From an uncultured Flavobacteriales bacterium (lineage in GTDB: Bacteria; Bacteroidota; Bacteroidia; AKYH767-A; 2013-40CM-41-45): a stretch of DNA of 64,000 bases. The stretch is from positions 4,108 through 68,107 of the forward strand of contig CAZJDX010000018.1 of the NCBI GenBank assembly GCA_964544885.1, given 5' to 3'. This document shows, piece by piece, positions 31,682-44,400 of the stretch. The notes below the pieces were generated by a model, which was not told the DNA's origin, did no database searches, and saw only the letters and a program-made list of their open reading frames with translations. Each line of letters starts with the position of its first letter. Position 1 is the stretch's first letter. Both the position numbers and the translations under genes were made by a program.

Positions 31682-32626
31682 ATGAATGAACTGAACTTTA
31701 CCGGCAAGCATGTTGAGATCAGCAAGGAAGTCAAAGAAGCCCTTGACGACAATCGACCGGTTGTCGCTTTGGAATCCACCATCATTGCGCATGGGATGCC
31801 CTATCCGCAAAATGTCAAAACCGCGCTGGAAGTAGAAGCCCTTATCAGAAAAGAAGGAGCGACACCTGCCTGCATTGCCATCCTTGACGGAAAAATAAAA
31901 GCCGGTCTGAATGAGAGCGAGATCGACGCCCTCGGTAAGAAAGACAAAGTATGGAAGACCAGCATCGCTGACCTCGCCTATGTCGTCTCATCCGGATTAA
32001 ACGGAGCTACCACCGTAGCCTCAACCCTGAGAATCGCGGCCATGTGCGGGATCCGTTTTTTTGTGACGGGCGGGATCGGTGGAGTGCATCGTGAAGTAAT
32101 GAACAGTATGGATATTTCTGCAGACCTTACGGAAATGTCGAAGGTAAATGTTGCCGTGATATCGGCTGGAATTAAATCCATCTTACATATAGGTTTTACG
32201 CTCGAAGTGCTGGAAACGCTGGGGATACCTGTCATCACGATCGGACAGGACGAGTTCCCGAGTTTTTATTCAAGAAAAAGCGGATTCAATTCGCCGCTAC
32301 GGATTGACCATCCGGCGAAGATCGCCCGGATGCTACGACACAAATGGGAACTTGGTATCAGAGGAGCGGCGCTTATCGCCATTCCGGTAGCACAGACCGA
32401 TGAGATCCCTTTCGACAAAATAGAACATCACATCAACCTTGCTCTCGAAGAAGCACATGCCGGGAAGATCACTGGGAAAAAGATAACTCCTTTTTTGCTT
32501 GCCAAACTGGCGGAGATCACCGAAGGAAAAAGTCTTGAAACCAATATTGCTCTTGTGAAGAACAATGCGATTGCCGGAGCAAAGATCTCCGTTGAATACA
32601 GCAACTTGACGGGAAAGCTGGCTTAA
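31682..32626 (+). CDS. psuG: Pseudouridine-5'-phosphate glycosidase
   Basis: [48 protein letters not shown]. Confidence 0.95.
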   Translation: MNELNFTGKHVEISKEVKEALDDNRPVVALESTIIAHGMPYPQNVKTALEVEALIRKEGATPACIAILDGKIKAGLNESEIDALGKKDKVWKTSIADLAYVVSSGLNGATTVASTLRIAAMCGIRFFVTGGIGGVHREVMNSMDISADLTEMSKVNVAVISAGIKSILHIGFTLEVLETLGIPVITIGQDEFPSFYSRKSGFNSPLRIDHPAKIARMLRHKWELGIRGAALIAIPVAQTDEIPFDKIEHHINLALEEAHAGKITGKKITPFLLAKLAEITEGKSLETNIALVKNNAIAGAKISVEYSNLTGKLA

Positions 32627-33855
32627 AAGTCAGCGATGGTTTTCCGGATAATCGAGATACAATCGCGCAGGCTGCTTTCATTGATAATGAGAGGAGGAGC
32701 AAAACGGATGATATTACCATGAGTTGGCTTGGCAAGTAATCCATTTTCTTTCAGTGCAAGACACAGATCCCAGGCATCTTTACCATTATGTGGACGGATA
32801 ACCATTGCGCAAAAGAGTCCTTTACCTCTGACAAGTTCGATCATCTCATGTTTGATACTTTTCAGTTCTGAGAGAAGAATATCACCGAGCCGCATGGCAT
32901 TCCCGGCAAGGTCTTCATCCTTCAGGACCTGTAGAGCGGCCATGGCAACACGCGCTGCCAGGGGATTACCGCCATAGGTACTTCCATGCTGACCGGGACG
33001 TATGCAAAGCATGATATCATCGTCGGCAAGGACGGCTGAAACCGGAAGCATTCCGCCGGATAAGGCCTTACCCAGTATCAGAATATCAGGGCGAACATCT
33101 TCATGATCACAGGCAAGCATTCTGCCGGTGCGGCAGAGTCCGGATTGAATCTCATCCGCGATAAAAAGAACATGATGACTCTTACATAATGATGCCGCGC
33201 TTTTCAGGTACCCCGTATCCGGTACGATGACACCCGCTTCGCCTTGTACCGGTTCAATAAGAAAGCCTGCAATACCTGGCAACTTTAACGCTTCTTCAAG
33301 AGAAGCAATATCATTGTATGGAATCTTTACGAAACCGGGTGTGTGTGGACCAAAGCCGCCATACGATTCCTGATCGGTAGATGCTGAAATTACGGTGATG
33401 GTTCTTCCATGAAAATTGCCTTCGCACACAATAATCTTCGCTTCATTATCTGTAATCCCTTTCTTTTCATAGGCCCAGCGACGGCAGAGTTTGAGCGCGG
33501 TCTCGACACCTTCCGCACCTGTATTCATGGGTAATACTTTATCATATCCAAAGAGGGAAGTGATAAATTCCTCATACTCACCCAGGCAATTATTGTAAAA
33601 GGCCCTGGATGTGAGCGAGAGTCGTGAGGCCTGCTCGATCAGCGCTGCGAGGATCCTGGGATGATTATGTCCCTGATTGAGCGCCGAATAGGCTGATAAG
33701 AAATCATAGTACTTACGGCCTTCAACATCCCATACGAAAATACCTTCAGCCTTTTCGATGACAACCGGCAGGGGATGATAATTATGAGCTCCATATTTTT
33801 CCTCCCGGTTTATGGCGGTTTCGGTGAGACTACTGTCAATACCAACTTGTTTCAT
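32623..33855 (-). CDS. rocD: Ornithine--oxo-acid aminotransferase
   Basis: [55 protein letters not shown]. Confidence 0.95.
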   Translation of the reverse strand: MKQVGIDSSLTETAINREEKYGAHNYHPLPVVIEKAEGIFVWDVEGRKYYDFLSAYSALNQGHNHPRILAALIEQASRLSLTSRAFYNNCLGEYEEFITSLFGYDKVLPMNTGAEGVETALKLCRRWAYEKKGITDNEAKIIVCEGNFHGRTITVISASTDQESYGGFGPHTPGFVKIPYNDIASLEEALKLPGIAGFLIEPVQGEAGVIVPDTGYLKSAASLCKSHHVLFIADEIQSGLCRTGRMLACDHEDVRPDILILGKALSGGMLPVSAVLADDDIMLCIRPGQHGSTYGGNPLAARVAMAALQVLKDEDLAGNAMRLGDILLSELKSIKHEMIELVRGKGLFCAMVIRPHNGKDAWDLCLALKENGLLAKPTHGNIIRFAPPLIINESSLRDCISIIRKTIADF

Positions 33856-33970
33856 AATAAAGAATAGGATCCAAAGATAATCATTCACGCCCCCCGATTC
33901 AAGTAAGGGTCACTGATTTATATCCTTAATATCTGATTATGTCGATATTCCATGCTATTTTCGCCATGAA

Positions 33971-35374
33971 ATGAAAACTGCAGCTAAGGTATTGCTTGAA
34001 AATATTGAGATTACTGATATCTCCGACAAAGGAACAGGAATTGGACGCATGGATAATATGGTGGTGTTCGCGGAAGGCACCGTTCCTGGGGACATTGCAG
34101 ATGTTCAGGTTTTCCGGAAGAAGAAAAATTATGCGGAAGGAAGGCTTGAGCGCCTGATCACCTCCTCACCTGACCGTGTCTCCCCTCCATGCGAACATTT
34201 CGGTGTATGCGGTGGTTGCCGGTGGCAGCACCTGAATTACGGAAAACAATTATTCTACAAGCAAAAACAAGTTGAAGAAGTACTGAAGAGGATAGGTAAA
34301 TTAACAAACCCTGTCATCAGACCCATTATCGGATCAGGAGAGACTTATCACTACAGAAACCGGCTTGATTTTTCCTGCTCCGATAAAAGGTGGCTGAGTC
34401 CTGAAGAACTGAAAAGCGGAGAACCGATGCAAAAAGATGTGATCGGCTTTCACATACCCGGACGGTTTGATAAAATCCTCGACATACAAAAATGTCTCCT
34501 TCAGGAAGAACTCAGTAACAGTATCCGGAATGAAGTAAAACGATTTTCTGTTGAAACCGGTCTGAAATTTTTTAACCTTCTGAATCAGGAAGGACTGCTG
34601 CGTGACCTTATCATCCGCTCGACATCAACAGGAGAATGGATGGTCATCGTTATTTTCAGGGAAGATCAGACGGAGAAAATACAAGTTCTCCTGGAACACC
34701 TTGCCAAGACCTTTCCTCAGATTAATTCACTTCAATATGTCATCAATCCCAAAAGGAATGCAAGCATTTTTGACCTGGACGTAAAAATATTCAGGGGGAA
34801 GGATCATATCATGGAAACAATGGAAGGACTGAGATTCAAGATCAGCGCCAAATCATTTTATCAGACCAACTCAAAGCAAGCCCATACATTGTACAAGGTG
34901 GCCAGGGAAATGGCTGACCTGAAAGGCAGCGAATTGGTTTATGATCTTTATACCGGTACGGGAACCATCGCAAATTTCGTTGCCGGGAGTGCAGGAAAAG
35001 TAATAGGCATTGATTATATAGAAGATGCAATCCGTGATGCACGGGAAAACTCCAGAATTAACCATATCAACAATACTCTTTTCTTTGCCGGCGACCTGAA
35101 CAAAACACTCAACGGACAATTTATTGAAGAAAACGGAAAACCCGATGTGATCATTACCGACCCGCCACGTTCTGGGATGCATCCCGAAGCTGTTCTTAAA
35201 ATGGCAGAATATCAACCTTTAAAGATCGTTTATATCAGTTGTAATCCTTCCACTCAGGCAAGGGATATTTCCATGCTAAACGAATATTATTCGGCTGATG
35301 CCATACAACCGGTTGATATGTTTCCGCAGACTACCCATGTGGAAAATGTGGTTTTACTAAATTTACGTGTATGA
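33971..35374 (+). CDS. rlmD: 23S rRNA (uracil-C5)-methyltransferase RlmD
   Basis: TRAM domain, CEHFGVCGGC, DLYTGTGTI, DPPRSG, YISCNP, DMFPQTTHVE. Confidence 0.93.
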   Translation: MKTAAKVLLENIEITDISDKGTGIGRMDNMVVFAEGTVPGDIADVQVFRKKKNYAEGRLERLITSSPDRVSPPCEHFGVCGGCRWQHLNYGKQLFYKQKQVEEVLKRIGKLTNPVIRPIIGSGETYHYRNRLDFSCSDKRWLSPEELKSGEPMQKDVIGFHIPGRFDKILDIQKCLLQEELSNSIRNEVKRFSVETGLKFFNLLNQEGLLRDLIIRSTSTGEWMVIVIFREDQTEKIQVLLEHLAKTFPQINSLQYVINPKRNASIFDLDVKIFRGKDHIMETMEGLRFKISAKSFYQTNSKQAHTLYKVAREMADLKGSELVYDLYTGTGTIANFVAGSAGKVIGIDYIEDAIRDARENSRINHINNTLFFAGDLNKTLNGQFIEENGKPDVIITDPPRSGMHPEAVLKMAEYQPLKIVYISCNPSTQARDISMLNEYYSADAIQPVDMFPQTTHVENVVLLNLRV

Positions 35375-35934
35375 AGCATTGGCTCGGAAAATCACTTGTG
35401 ATCCTTTTCCTGATCAGTCCCGTTCTCGCCTATGCAGAACATGGTGAGGGAACATCCGACAGCTCAGGAGCAGGCATAACTTTTACGGAAACCGATTATG
35501 AGCAGCAGCAACTGGAATGGTGTTTCCGCTATTCGAACTTATTAGGCATTGAACTTAGCCAGGTAAGGAACCCAAAACTTTATGACAATATCAGTGAGTG
35601 GATGGGAACGCCGTATAAATATGCAGGAAACAGCAAGAAAGGAATTGATTGTTCAGGACTGGTTTGCAGACTTATCCGCGATTCATATGACCTTGACTTA
35701 GACGGAACCTCAGCGGAACTTCACCGGCGTTCAATGAGCATAAAAAGGAATGAACTCAGGGAGGGCGATCTCGTTTTTTTCAAGATCAGGAAAGGCAGGA
35801 TATCACATGTCGGGATTTATCTTGGAGAAAATAAATTCGCTCACGCCAGCCTGAAACTGGGAGTGATCGTCAGTGATCTGAATGATCCTTATTATTCAAA
35901 ACATTTTTATTCCGCAGGAAGGCTCATCGAGTGA
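35371..35934 (+). CDS. NlpC/P60 (C40) peptidoglycan endopeptidase
   Basis: Signal peptide, WMGTPYKYAG, DCSGLV, GDLVFF, HVGIY, FAHAS. Confidence 0.92.
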   Translation: MKHWLGKSLVILFLISPVLAYAEHGEGTSDSSGAGITFTETDYEQQQLEWCFRYSNLLGIELSQVRNPKLYDNISEWMGTPYKYAGNSKKGIDCSGLVCRLIRDSYDLDLDGTSAELHRRSMSIKRNELREGDLVFFKIRKGRISHVGIYLGENKFAHASLKLGVIVSDLNDPYYSKHFYSAGRLIE

Positions 35935-36000
35935 ATACTAAATATTAAGGAAGAAATTCTGTACATTCATATCAACTGCATACACACCATCCGGACAAAA

Positions 36001-36507
36001 ATGGAACAATCTCCTACTCTTCTTCTGAATGAAAAACAAATAGTCCAGCGCTTAAACAGGCTGGCATATCAGATCTATGAAGATTGTTCGGATGAAAAGG
36101 AGATCATTCTGGCAGGGATCATGAATAACGGTTACATCGTAGCGGAGAAACTTGCGGATATTCTGCGGAAGATCGCAGGATTCAGCGTGAAGCTTGTTGA
36201 AGTTCACATTGACAAGCACAGTCAGGTCGAAAAAGAAATCAAACTGAGTATTCCCTATTCCGAACTGACCGGGAAGGTTATCATACTTGTGGATGATGTG
36301 CTCAATTCTGGCAAGACCATGATGTATGCCCTGAAACCATTTCTCAGCTCAGACATAAAAAAAATCAGGACGGTGGTATTGGTTGACAGAAATCACCGCA
36401 GGTATCCGATCGCAACTGATTTTTCAGGACTGAGTCTTTCGACAACCTTACGGGAACATGTCTCGGTAGAATTTACCGAAGGTACTTGTTACGCGCATCT
36501 CAGCTAG
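36001..36507 (+). CDS. PyrR-like phosphoribosyltransferase
   Basis: RLAYQIYE, IILVDDVLNSGKT, LVDRNHRRYPI. Confidence 0.85.
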   Translation: MEQSPTLLLNEKQIVQRLNRLAYQIYEDCSDEKEIILAGIMNNGYIVAEKLADILRKIAGFSVKLVEVHIDKHSQVEKEIKLSIPYSELTGKVIILVDDVLNSGKTMMYALKPFLSSDIKKIRTVVLVDRNHRRYPIATDFSGLSLSTTLREHVSVEFTEGTCYAHLS

Positions 36508-37018
36508 GAAGCACTCCTCTCTTCCCGAGCAACTTTCTCAGCGTCCTGATATCCTGCCTGGCAGATTCGAAAATGCAGGAGGATCTGAGGTAATACTTCT
36601 CTCTTTCCGGTAGCTGGGTAAGGACCAGATCTCTCAGGGCGAATTCGTCCAGACCTTGCAGCAATGGCCGCCCTCCGTTATTTTCAATCAGTCTCTGAGC
36701 AAGCATTCCGGCAGGCACTTTAAGATAAACTGTAAATCCATGCTCATTCATCCAGTCCATATTATCAAAGAAACAGGGCAGGCCTCCACCGGTAGCTACG
36801 ATAAGATTATTTTCATTCCTGAGGGAGTGCAGGGCCTTTCTCTCCATAATCCGGAATTCATCTTCACCCCTTTTTGAAAAGATCTCAGGGATCGTCATAC
36901 CTGCATCGGCCTCGATCAGCTGATCCATGTCGATAAATCGATATCCGCTGAGTCTCGCCAGTTCAAGTCCGGTTCTTGATTTCCCGCTTCCCATATAGCC
37001 GGTTAAAAATATGATCAT
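36500..37018 (-). CDS. aroK: Shikimate kinase
   Basis: GYMGSGKS (Walker A), DMDQLIE, FRIME, ATGGG, RPLL. Confidence 0.93.
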   Translation of the reverse strand: MIIFLTGYMGSGKSRTGLELARLSGYRFIDMDQLIEADAGMTIPEIFSKRGEDEFRIMERKALHSLRNENNLIVATGGGLPCFFDNMDWMNEHGFTVYLKVPAGMLAQRLIENNGGRPLLQGLDEFALRDLVLTQLPEREKYYLRSSCIFESARQDIRTLRKLLGKRGVLPS

Positions 37019-37117
37019 CTCTGGATTGAAGGACTTATATCAGAGGATAAAAATAAAAAGGATTCGGTGTAATATTCCCACCTGCGGGAAAGCGCAAGGA
37101 TGCGCTGCAAAGAGGCA

Positions 37118-37852
37118 CTAATCCGTCTTTTCCTGTTTCTCCTGCAATTTCCGCATCCTGATATTCAGCAATTCAACAATGAGCGAGAAGGCCATGGCAA
37201 AATAAATGTAGCTCTTATCAATATGATAATGCAGACCTTCGATGATGAGCAGCAATCCTATACATACAAGGAATGCGAGTGCAAGCATTTTGAGCGTAGG
37301 ATATTTGTTTATGAAATTGCTGACATAAGGCGCAAACAACAGCATGACAATCATGGAAATGACCACAGCCGTGATCATTACCGTAATATCCCGGCTCAGC
37401 CCGACTGCCGTCAGAATGGAGTCAAAAGAAAAGATAATATCAATGATGGTAATCTGTAAAATCGCCTGAGTCATGGTAAGCTTTCTTTCTCTTGGCTTGC
37501 CGCTCACCTCATCATGATCGCGGAGTTTATGATAGATCTCGCGCACCGTTTTATAGACCAGGAAAACTCCTCCGGAAAAAAGGATTATATCCCTTCCGCT
37601 GGGGCCGAAATTCCCTATATAAAAAAGCGGATCCGTCAGTTTCACCAGCCATGATATCCCAAGCAGGAGCATCACCCTGAAAACCATCGCCAACATCAAT
37701 CCAAGAGCCCTGGCTTTCGCCTGATCCTTCCTGGGCAGATAACTGCAGAGGATGGCGATGAATATGATGTTGTCGATACCTAATACGATCTCCAGCAAGA
37801 CCAGCGTGACCAGGCCTACCATACCTTCTACCGTGAACAGTTCAAGCAGCAT
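37118..37852 (-). CDS. TerC family membrane protein
   Basis: LEIVLGIDNIIFI, IDIIFSFDSILTAVG, YIYFAMAFS. Confidence 0.92.
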   Translation of the reverse strand: MLLELFTVEGMVGLVTLVLLEIVLGIDNIIFIAILCSYLPRKDQAKARALGLMLAMVFRVMLLLGISWLVKLTDPLFYIGNFGPSGRDIILFSGGVFLVYKTVREIYHKLRDHDEVSGKPRERKLTMTQAILQITIIDIIFSFDSILTAVGLSRDITVMITAVVISMIVMLLFAPYVSNFINKYPTLKMLALAFLVCIGLLLIIEGLHYHIDKSYIYFAMAFSLIVELLNIRMRKLQEKQEKTD

Positions 37853-37991
37853 CAGAAATTCCGTTGATTGTCAAATGTTGGAACAGGTTACACAGCAATG
37901 AGCTGCTGCCTGATTGAAAGCTGAAGACAGAGTAAAAAATGATCATATTCCCAATACTAATCTTTACAGATTCCTGTCTCAGTTTGATAAT

Positions 37992-38068
37992 TGGTCGGGG
38001 TGGCGGGATTTGAACCCACGGCCTCCAGCACCCCATGCTGGCGCGCTACCAGGCTACGCTACACCCCG
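37992..38068 (-). tRNA. tRNA-Pro (GGG)
   Basis: Minus strand CGGGGTGTAGCGTAGCCTGGTAGCGCGCCAGCATGGGGTGCTGGAGGCCGTGGGTTCAAATCCCGCCACCCCGACCA: cloverleaf, GGG anticodon, encoded CCA. TACATTTG promoter at 38091-38098. Confidence 0.96.
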
Positions 38069-38420
38069 ATTTTTTCAAAAAAATCAGGCGCAAATGTATT
38101 AAAATAATGATGGAATTCAGGACTGAACTGTAAATAATTTATGAAAAATTCACGATTTGCCCAACTAACGCAGGGTACCTGAAATCAAATCACACTAATG
38201 AAACTTTTTTCTGAATGATAAGGAGAAAATAAACCGGTAATCAGGGTTTCAGGATGAAATTCCGGTCCGCTTTTCATGATCCGTTAAAAAATCAAACAAA
38301 TCTTACAATGTACTGAGATGTACCCTTATTAAAAGCCTTCGCATGACGGCCGGTGTAGTTTTATCAATTGAAAAAGCAGGGCAATCATTCTGATTATTCA
38401 CTCGCTTATTCAAAAACAGC

Positions 38421-41400
38421 ATGAGACTAAAACTACAACTGAGTCGTACGGTATTTCTTGCCATGATGATGTTGTCTTTGTTCATCAAAACAGGATCTGC
38501 AAGTCATACCATGGGCGCTGACCTCACCTATGAGTGCCTTGGAGGAAATACCTACAGGGTAACCTTGTCATTTTACCGGGATTGTATCGGTATTCCCGCT
38601 CCGGCCAATCCGTTGGTATATGTTCGTTCAGCCAGCTGTGGACAAAACCTGAATGTTACGGTAAGTCCAAGACCCGGAACCGGACAGGAAGTAACTCCTT
38701 CCTGTTCAAGTTCTGTGACTACCTGCAGCGGTGGTACTTTCACCGGGATTCAGGAATGGGTCTATGATGGAATCATCACTCTTCCGATGAATTGCACCGA
38801 TTGGGTATTCAGCTATTCACTGTGTTGCAGAAATGCCGCAATTACTACTATCACTAATCCGGGTACAAGCACTTTCTATATTTATTCAACGCTGAATAAT
38901 GTGGTTAGTACCTGTAACAGCTCTCCTACCTTCTCAAACAAACCTGTTCCCTTCCTTTGTCTTGGACAACAGTATTGTTTCAACCATGGAGCTTATGATC
39001 CGGACGGAGATTCGCTTGTTTATGAACTAATCACTCCAAAACAAACCGCAGGCGCCGATGTGGTATACATGGCGCCGTACAATGCATCCAATCCTTTAAA
39101 TTCATTTCCTGCCACTTCATTTAATCCGGTTACCGGAGACATTTGTCTGAACCCTCAGAATATTGAAGTAACCGTAATGGCTGTGCTTGTGAAGGAATAC
39201 AGAAATGGTGTTCTGATTGGTTCGGTCGAAAGGGATTTGCAATTGACCGTGATGAACTGCGCCAATAATCTTCCTTCGCTTACCGGTATAAATGGAACCA
39301 ACGATTTCAGCATCACCGTTTGTGCCAACGCGGAAACCTGCTTCGACATTTTCTCCATAGATCCCGATGCGGGCCAGACACTCGAAGTGAACTGGGATAA
39401 TGGTATTGCCGGTGCATCTTTCAGCTCTTCCGGAGGAACAAGACCTACAGGAACATTTTGCTGGACTCCTCAGCCTTCCGATATAGGAAGTACAAACATC
39501 TTCACGGTGCGGGTAAATGACGATGCCTGTCCTTATTATGGAAGTCAGATCTACTCCTATACGGTGAACGTTATCGGAATTACGGCGAACGCCGGACCGG
39601 ATCAGTTAATTGCATGCAGCGACCTTGCCACACTTACAGCGGTGGGTTCCGGTGGAAGCGGATCTTACACTTATCAATGGAGTAATGGATCAACCTCACA
39701 ATGGATCACCGTTGGTGAAGGCACCTACTGGGTTACAATCAGTGATGGCACCTGTATGGCAACGGACACGGTGAACGTAATGATGCCTTATATTCCCGTA
39801 GCGGCATTTACACATTCAACAACAACGTGTAATAATCTTCCTGTCAGCTTCACTGATCAATCCACCACACCGGGTGGAATTATCTGGAGCTGGTACTGGG
39901 ATTTCGGCGATGGCACCTCATCAACTCTTCAGAACCCAACGCATTTGTTTCCGGGAGCGGGAACCTATGATGTCAGTCTGATCATCGAGAATACGCTTGG
40001 CTGTCTTGATACCATCATCCAACAAATCACCATCGCTGATCCTCCTACAGCCGACTTTTCCTACAGCAATACCTGTGTAGGAACCTCGGTTACTTTCACT
40101 GATCAGAGTTCGCCTTCAGCTTCGGTCAGCGGCTGGAACTGGAATTTCGGGGACGGAACAAGCTCAACGCTACAAAACCCGGGTCATACGTATACAACTA
40201 CCGGTACCTACACCGTGACATTGATTACCAACAATGCATTTGGATGCAGTGATACCGCTGTCAGGATAATCACGGTCAATCCTCTTCCGGTTATCAGCGC
40301 GGGCGCTGACCAGTCGGTCTGTGCGGGATCATCCATCACATTGACCGCATCCGGCGGTACGAGTTATACGTGGATGCCGGGTGGATCCACCTCACCGACC
40401 ATAGTCGTGAACCCGTCAGGTAGCACACCCTATGTTGTGACAGGTGAAGATGCGAACGGATGTATCAATTCAGATACTGTTTGGGTAAGCATTGATCCAC
40501 TTCCTGTTGTTACTGCGGGTGCCGATGTTTCAATCTGTGCCGGTACTTCCACCACCCTCAGCGCCGGTGGCGCCGCTACTTATACCTGGACACCGGGCGG
40601 ATCCACTTCAGGCTCAATCATCGTGAGCCCATCATCGGGTACAAACTATACCGTTACCGGAACTGACCTAAACGGGTGCAGCGCTTCCGACATCGTTAGT
40701 GTGAATGTCAATTCCATACCACTGGCTTCGGCAGGACCGGATCAGCATATCTGCTCGGGTTCAAGCGCGGTATTAAATGCAAGTGGTGGCGGAACGTATA
40801 GCTGGTCTCCAGGCGGAAGTACCTCTTCGTCCATAACGGTGAATCCATCCTCTTCCACAACGTATGTGGTGACGGTCAGTAACGGAAGTGGTTGCAGCGC
40901 TCAAGACTCCATGAGAGTTTTCGTTCATCCGCCTCCGTCAGTCTCTCTGCAGTCCTTATTCCTATGCACAGGTTCCACCACCACACTGGACGCCGGCCCG
41001 GGCATGAGTTCGTATTTATGGACACCGAATGGAGAAACCACACAAACTCTTGTTGTCACTACAGGCGGAAATTATGGAGTTACCGTTACCGATAGTCTTG
41101 GCTGCAGTTCAACTGCCAGCGCATCGGTAACGATGGGTACGGCGATCGCGATCAATCTGGATGATGTATTCTTCTGCCAGGGAGACAGCGCTATACTGGA
41201 CGTGGGATACTCCGGACTGACTTACAACTGGTCGACAGGACAAACTACTCAGGCAATTACCATCTATAACCAGGGTAGCTACAGTGTTACCGTCAATGAC
41301 ACTTCAGGTTGCAGTGGTTCGATTACCATCAATGCGCAGACCAATCCCATTCCTGTGGCCAACTTTACCACCAACTCCGTTTGTGCAGGTACAGTAACTT

Positions 41401-44400
41401 CTTTCACTGACGCTTCTTCTGTTGGTTCAGGCATTATCAACGCCTGGTCATGGGATTTTGGTGATGGTGCAACATCAACAGATCAGAACCCCGATCATAC
41501 GTATACAAGTCCGGGAACCTATACAGTGACACTGATGATAAGCAGCGCAGAAGGCTGTGTAAATCAGGTAAGCAACGATGTAACCGTGAATCCACTGCCT
41601 GTTGCCTCGTTCACAGCAGGAAATACATGCCAGGGACAGGTTCTTAATTTTACAAATACCTCTACCGTTTCATCAGGAATTATTTCCACCTACTCCTGGA
41701 ACTTTGGTGATTCGAACAACTCTTCACTTCAGAATCCATCGCATACTTACAGCGTTTCAGGATCATACAGTGTCAGTCTGCAGGTAAGTACCGCGGGAGG
41801 ATGCTCCAACAGCGTATCGCAGACAGTCAATATCAGACCCTTGCCTGTTGCAAGTTTCAGCACGATGCCGGTATGTCTTGGAAGCCCAAGCACTTTCCTC
41901 AACACTTCCGGAATATCAACCGGATCCATCACTTCGTATACCTGGGATTTTGGAAATACGGCAACTTCAACTCAAACCAATCCTGCCCATACCTACGCAT
42001 CAGCAGGCACCTATACTGTCCGACTGATCGCCGTTTCGTCTTTCGGATGTTCCGATACCGTAATTAATTCAACCCAGATCAATTCCCTTCCGCTTGCTAT
42101 GGCAGGCAGCGATCAAACTATCTGTTCCGGCAGCACGGCAAACCTGACCGCCTCCGGAGGTGTTTCATATACATGGATGCCAGGTTCACTGAACAGCGCG
42201 AACATAACTGTGAATCCGGTAACGGGTACCAACTACACGGTGAGCGTTACGGATGTTAATGGATGCAGTGCAAATGACGTGGTAAGGGTGAATGTGAATT
42301 CGCTGCCTTCAGTTTCAGCCGGACCGGACAGAGTACTTTGTACCGGAAGTTCAGTGACTCTAAACGCGGCCGGAGGAGCCACTTATACCTGGACTCCCGG
42401 ACTAAGCACGGGCAGCAGCATCACGGTAAATCCAACGGTAAACACCACTTATACCGTTACAGGTACAGACCTGAACGGATGTACAAATTCTGACCTCGTT
42501 ACTGTCAGTGTAAATCCTTTACCGCTTGTGAATGCAGGACCTGACCGCACTATCTGTATGGGTTCAACCACTTCACTCAGCGCCAGCGGAGCAAATACCT
42601 ACTTGTGGAACCCGGGAGGCAGTACAAGCTCAGGAATTCTGGTTGGTCCTGCTGCCAGCACAAATTACATAGTTACAGGTACCGATGTGTCGGGTTGCAT
42701 TAACAGAGATACAGTCAGGGTCAATGTAAATCCACTGCCGGTGGTGAACCTGTCGCCCGCCTTTATCTGTCCGGGTTTCAGCACCACACTCGACGCAGGA
42801 AATCCGGGATCAACTTTCTTCTGGTCGACAGGAGAAACAAGTCAGACCATATCAGTGAACGACTCAGGAACCTATACTGTTGAAGTTACTGGCGCTAACG
42901 GTTGTCCTGTAACAGCATCCACTGTTGTGACACTTGGAAACACCATCAATTCAGTTCCGGTGATCAGCTCGGTTTGCAGTGGAATGAATGCCACTCTCAA
43001 CGCGGGAAATCCCGGAAGCAGCTATCTCTGGTCAACAGGCAGCACCGACTCAAGTATTTCGGTGGCGACTGCAGGCAATTACAGTGTCACCATTACTGAT
43101 CCGAACGGTTGTACCGGGACTGTACTTCATACAGTCAACCTGAACCCTCTGCCTGTTGCCTCCTTCAGTGCCACTCCGGTATGTGAAGGTGATATAGTAC
43201 TGTTTACCAATACCTCATCCGTATCATCCGGAACCATCCAGGCTTATTCCTGGGATATGGGTGACGGTTTCACCTCCTTCCAGACTCAACCTTCACATAA
43301 TTACAGTAATGCCGGAACTTACAACGTCTCGCTGGTTGTTGTCAGCGATTACGGATGTAACGACAGCATTACCGGAACAGTTGAAGTGTATCCATTACCA
43401 GTCGCATCATTCAGCAGCAGCACCGTCTGCGAAGGACAGGGTACTGCCCTTAACGATGCCACAACGATTGCAAGCGGTTCCATTAATTCCTGGAATTGGA
43501 GTTTTGGCGATGGAACGTCCGGGTCAGGGGCTTCAATCAGCCATACCTATGCGCAGCATGGATCATATTCCACAACACTGATCGTAAGTTCCGACCATTC
43601 CTGCCGTGACACTGTGCAGCAGAATGTTACTGTTCATCAGTTGCCTGAAGCCATCTTTAGTGCTCCCGATGCCTGTGTTAACAGTCCCGTGCAGCTGACA
43701 AATAACTCTTCGGCGGGTACTGGCTCCATTCTACTCTATACATGGGATCTGGGAGATGGTAATACCTCAAATTCTTCAGCACCTGTTTACCAGTATACGG
43801 TTGAAGGAAGCTATACCATCAGTCTGCATATCACTTCCAGTGTGGGTTGTACACATTCACTTACGGATGTGATTACAGTACATCCTGAACCGGTCAGCGC
43901 ATTCACCAGTCCGGCAAGCTGTGAAAGCTCTTCAACCCGGTTCACCAATACTTCTTCCATTGTCAGCGGAAGTATCAGCAATTACTATTGGGATTTCGGA
44001 GACAACTCCAGCTCAAACGACATTGAACCTTCGCACAGCTATGCAGGATCCGGCAATTATACGGTACGTCTGATCACCACTTCAGCTTTTGGCTGCAGGG
44101 ATACTGTACAACAGACCACGATTGTCCATCCAGACCCTGTTGCGGCTTATACTGCAATGAATGTATGTGAAGGAGCCCCTGTGGAATTTCTTGAAAGTTC
44201 TGCCATCAGCTCCGGAATCATAACATCCTGGTCATGGGATTTTGGCGATGGAACCGGATCATCACTCGATGAACCCGTCCATATTTACAATAATTCAGGT
44301 TCATATCCGGTGAGCCTGATTGTCACCTCGGCAGAAGGATGCACGGATGAACTCATATCCAACGTGGTGATCTATCCAAATCCGGTAGCTGCATTTCTTT

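Noticed and set aside
37842-38102. Small ORFs overlapping the tRNA (37842-38036, 37914-38102)
   Set aside because: Artefacts of reading through the tRNA-Pro sequence.
37992-38420. tRNA-Pro as an island integration site for the giant gene
   Set aside because: No integrase and no duplicated tRNA 3' end seen. The large gene lies on the tRNA's 5' side and looks host-like in composition.
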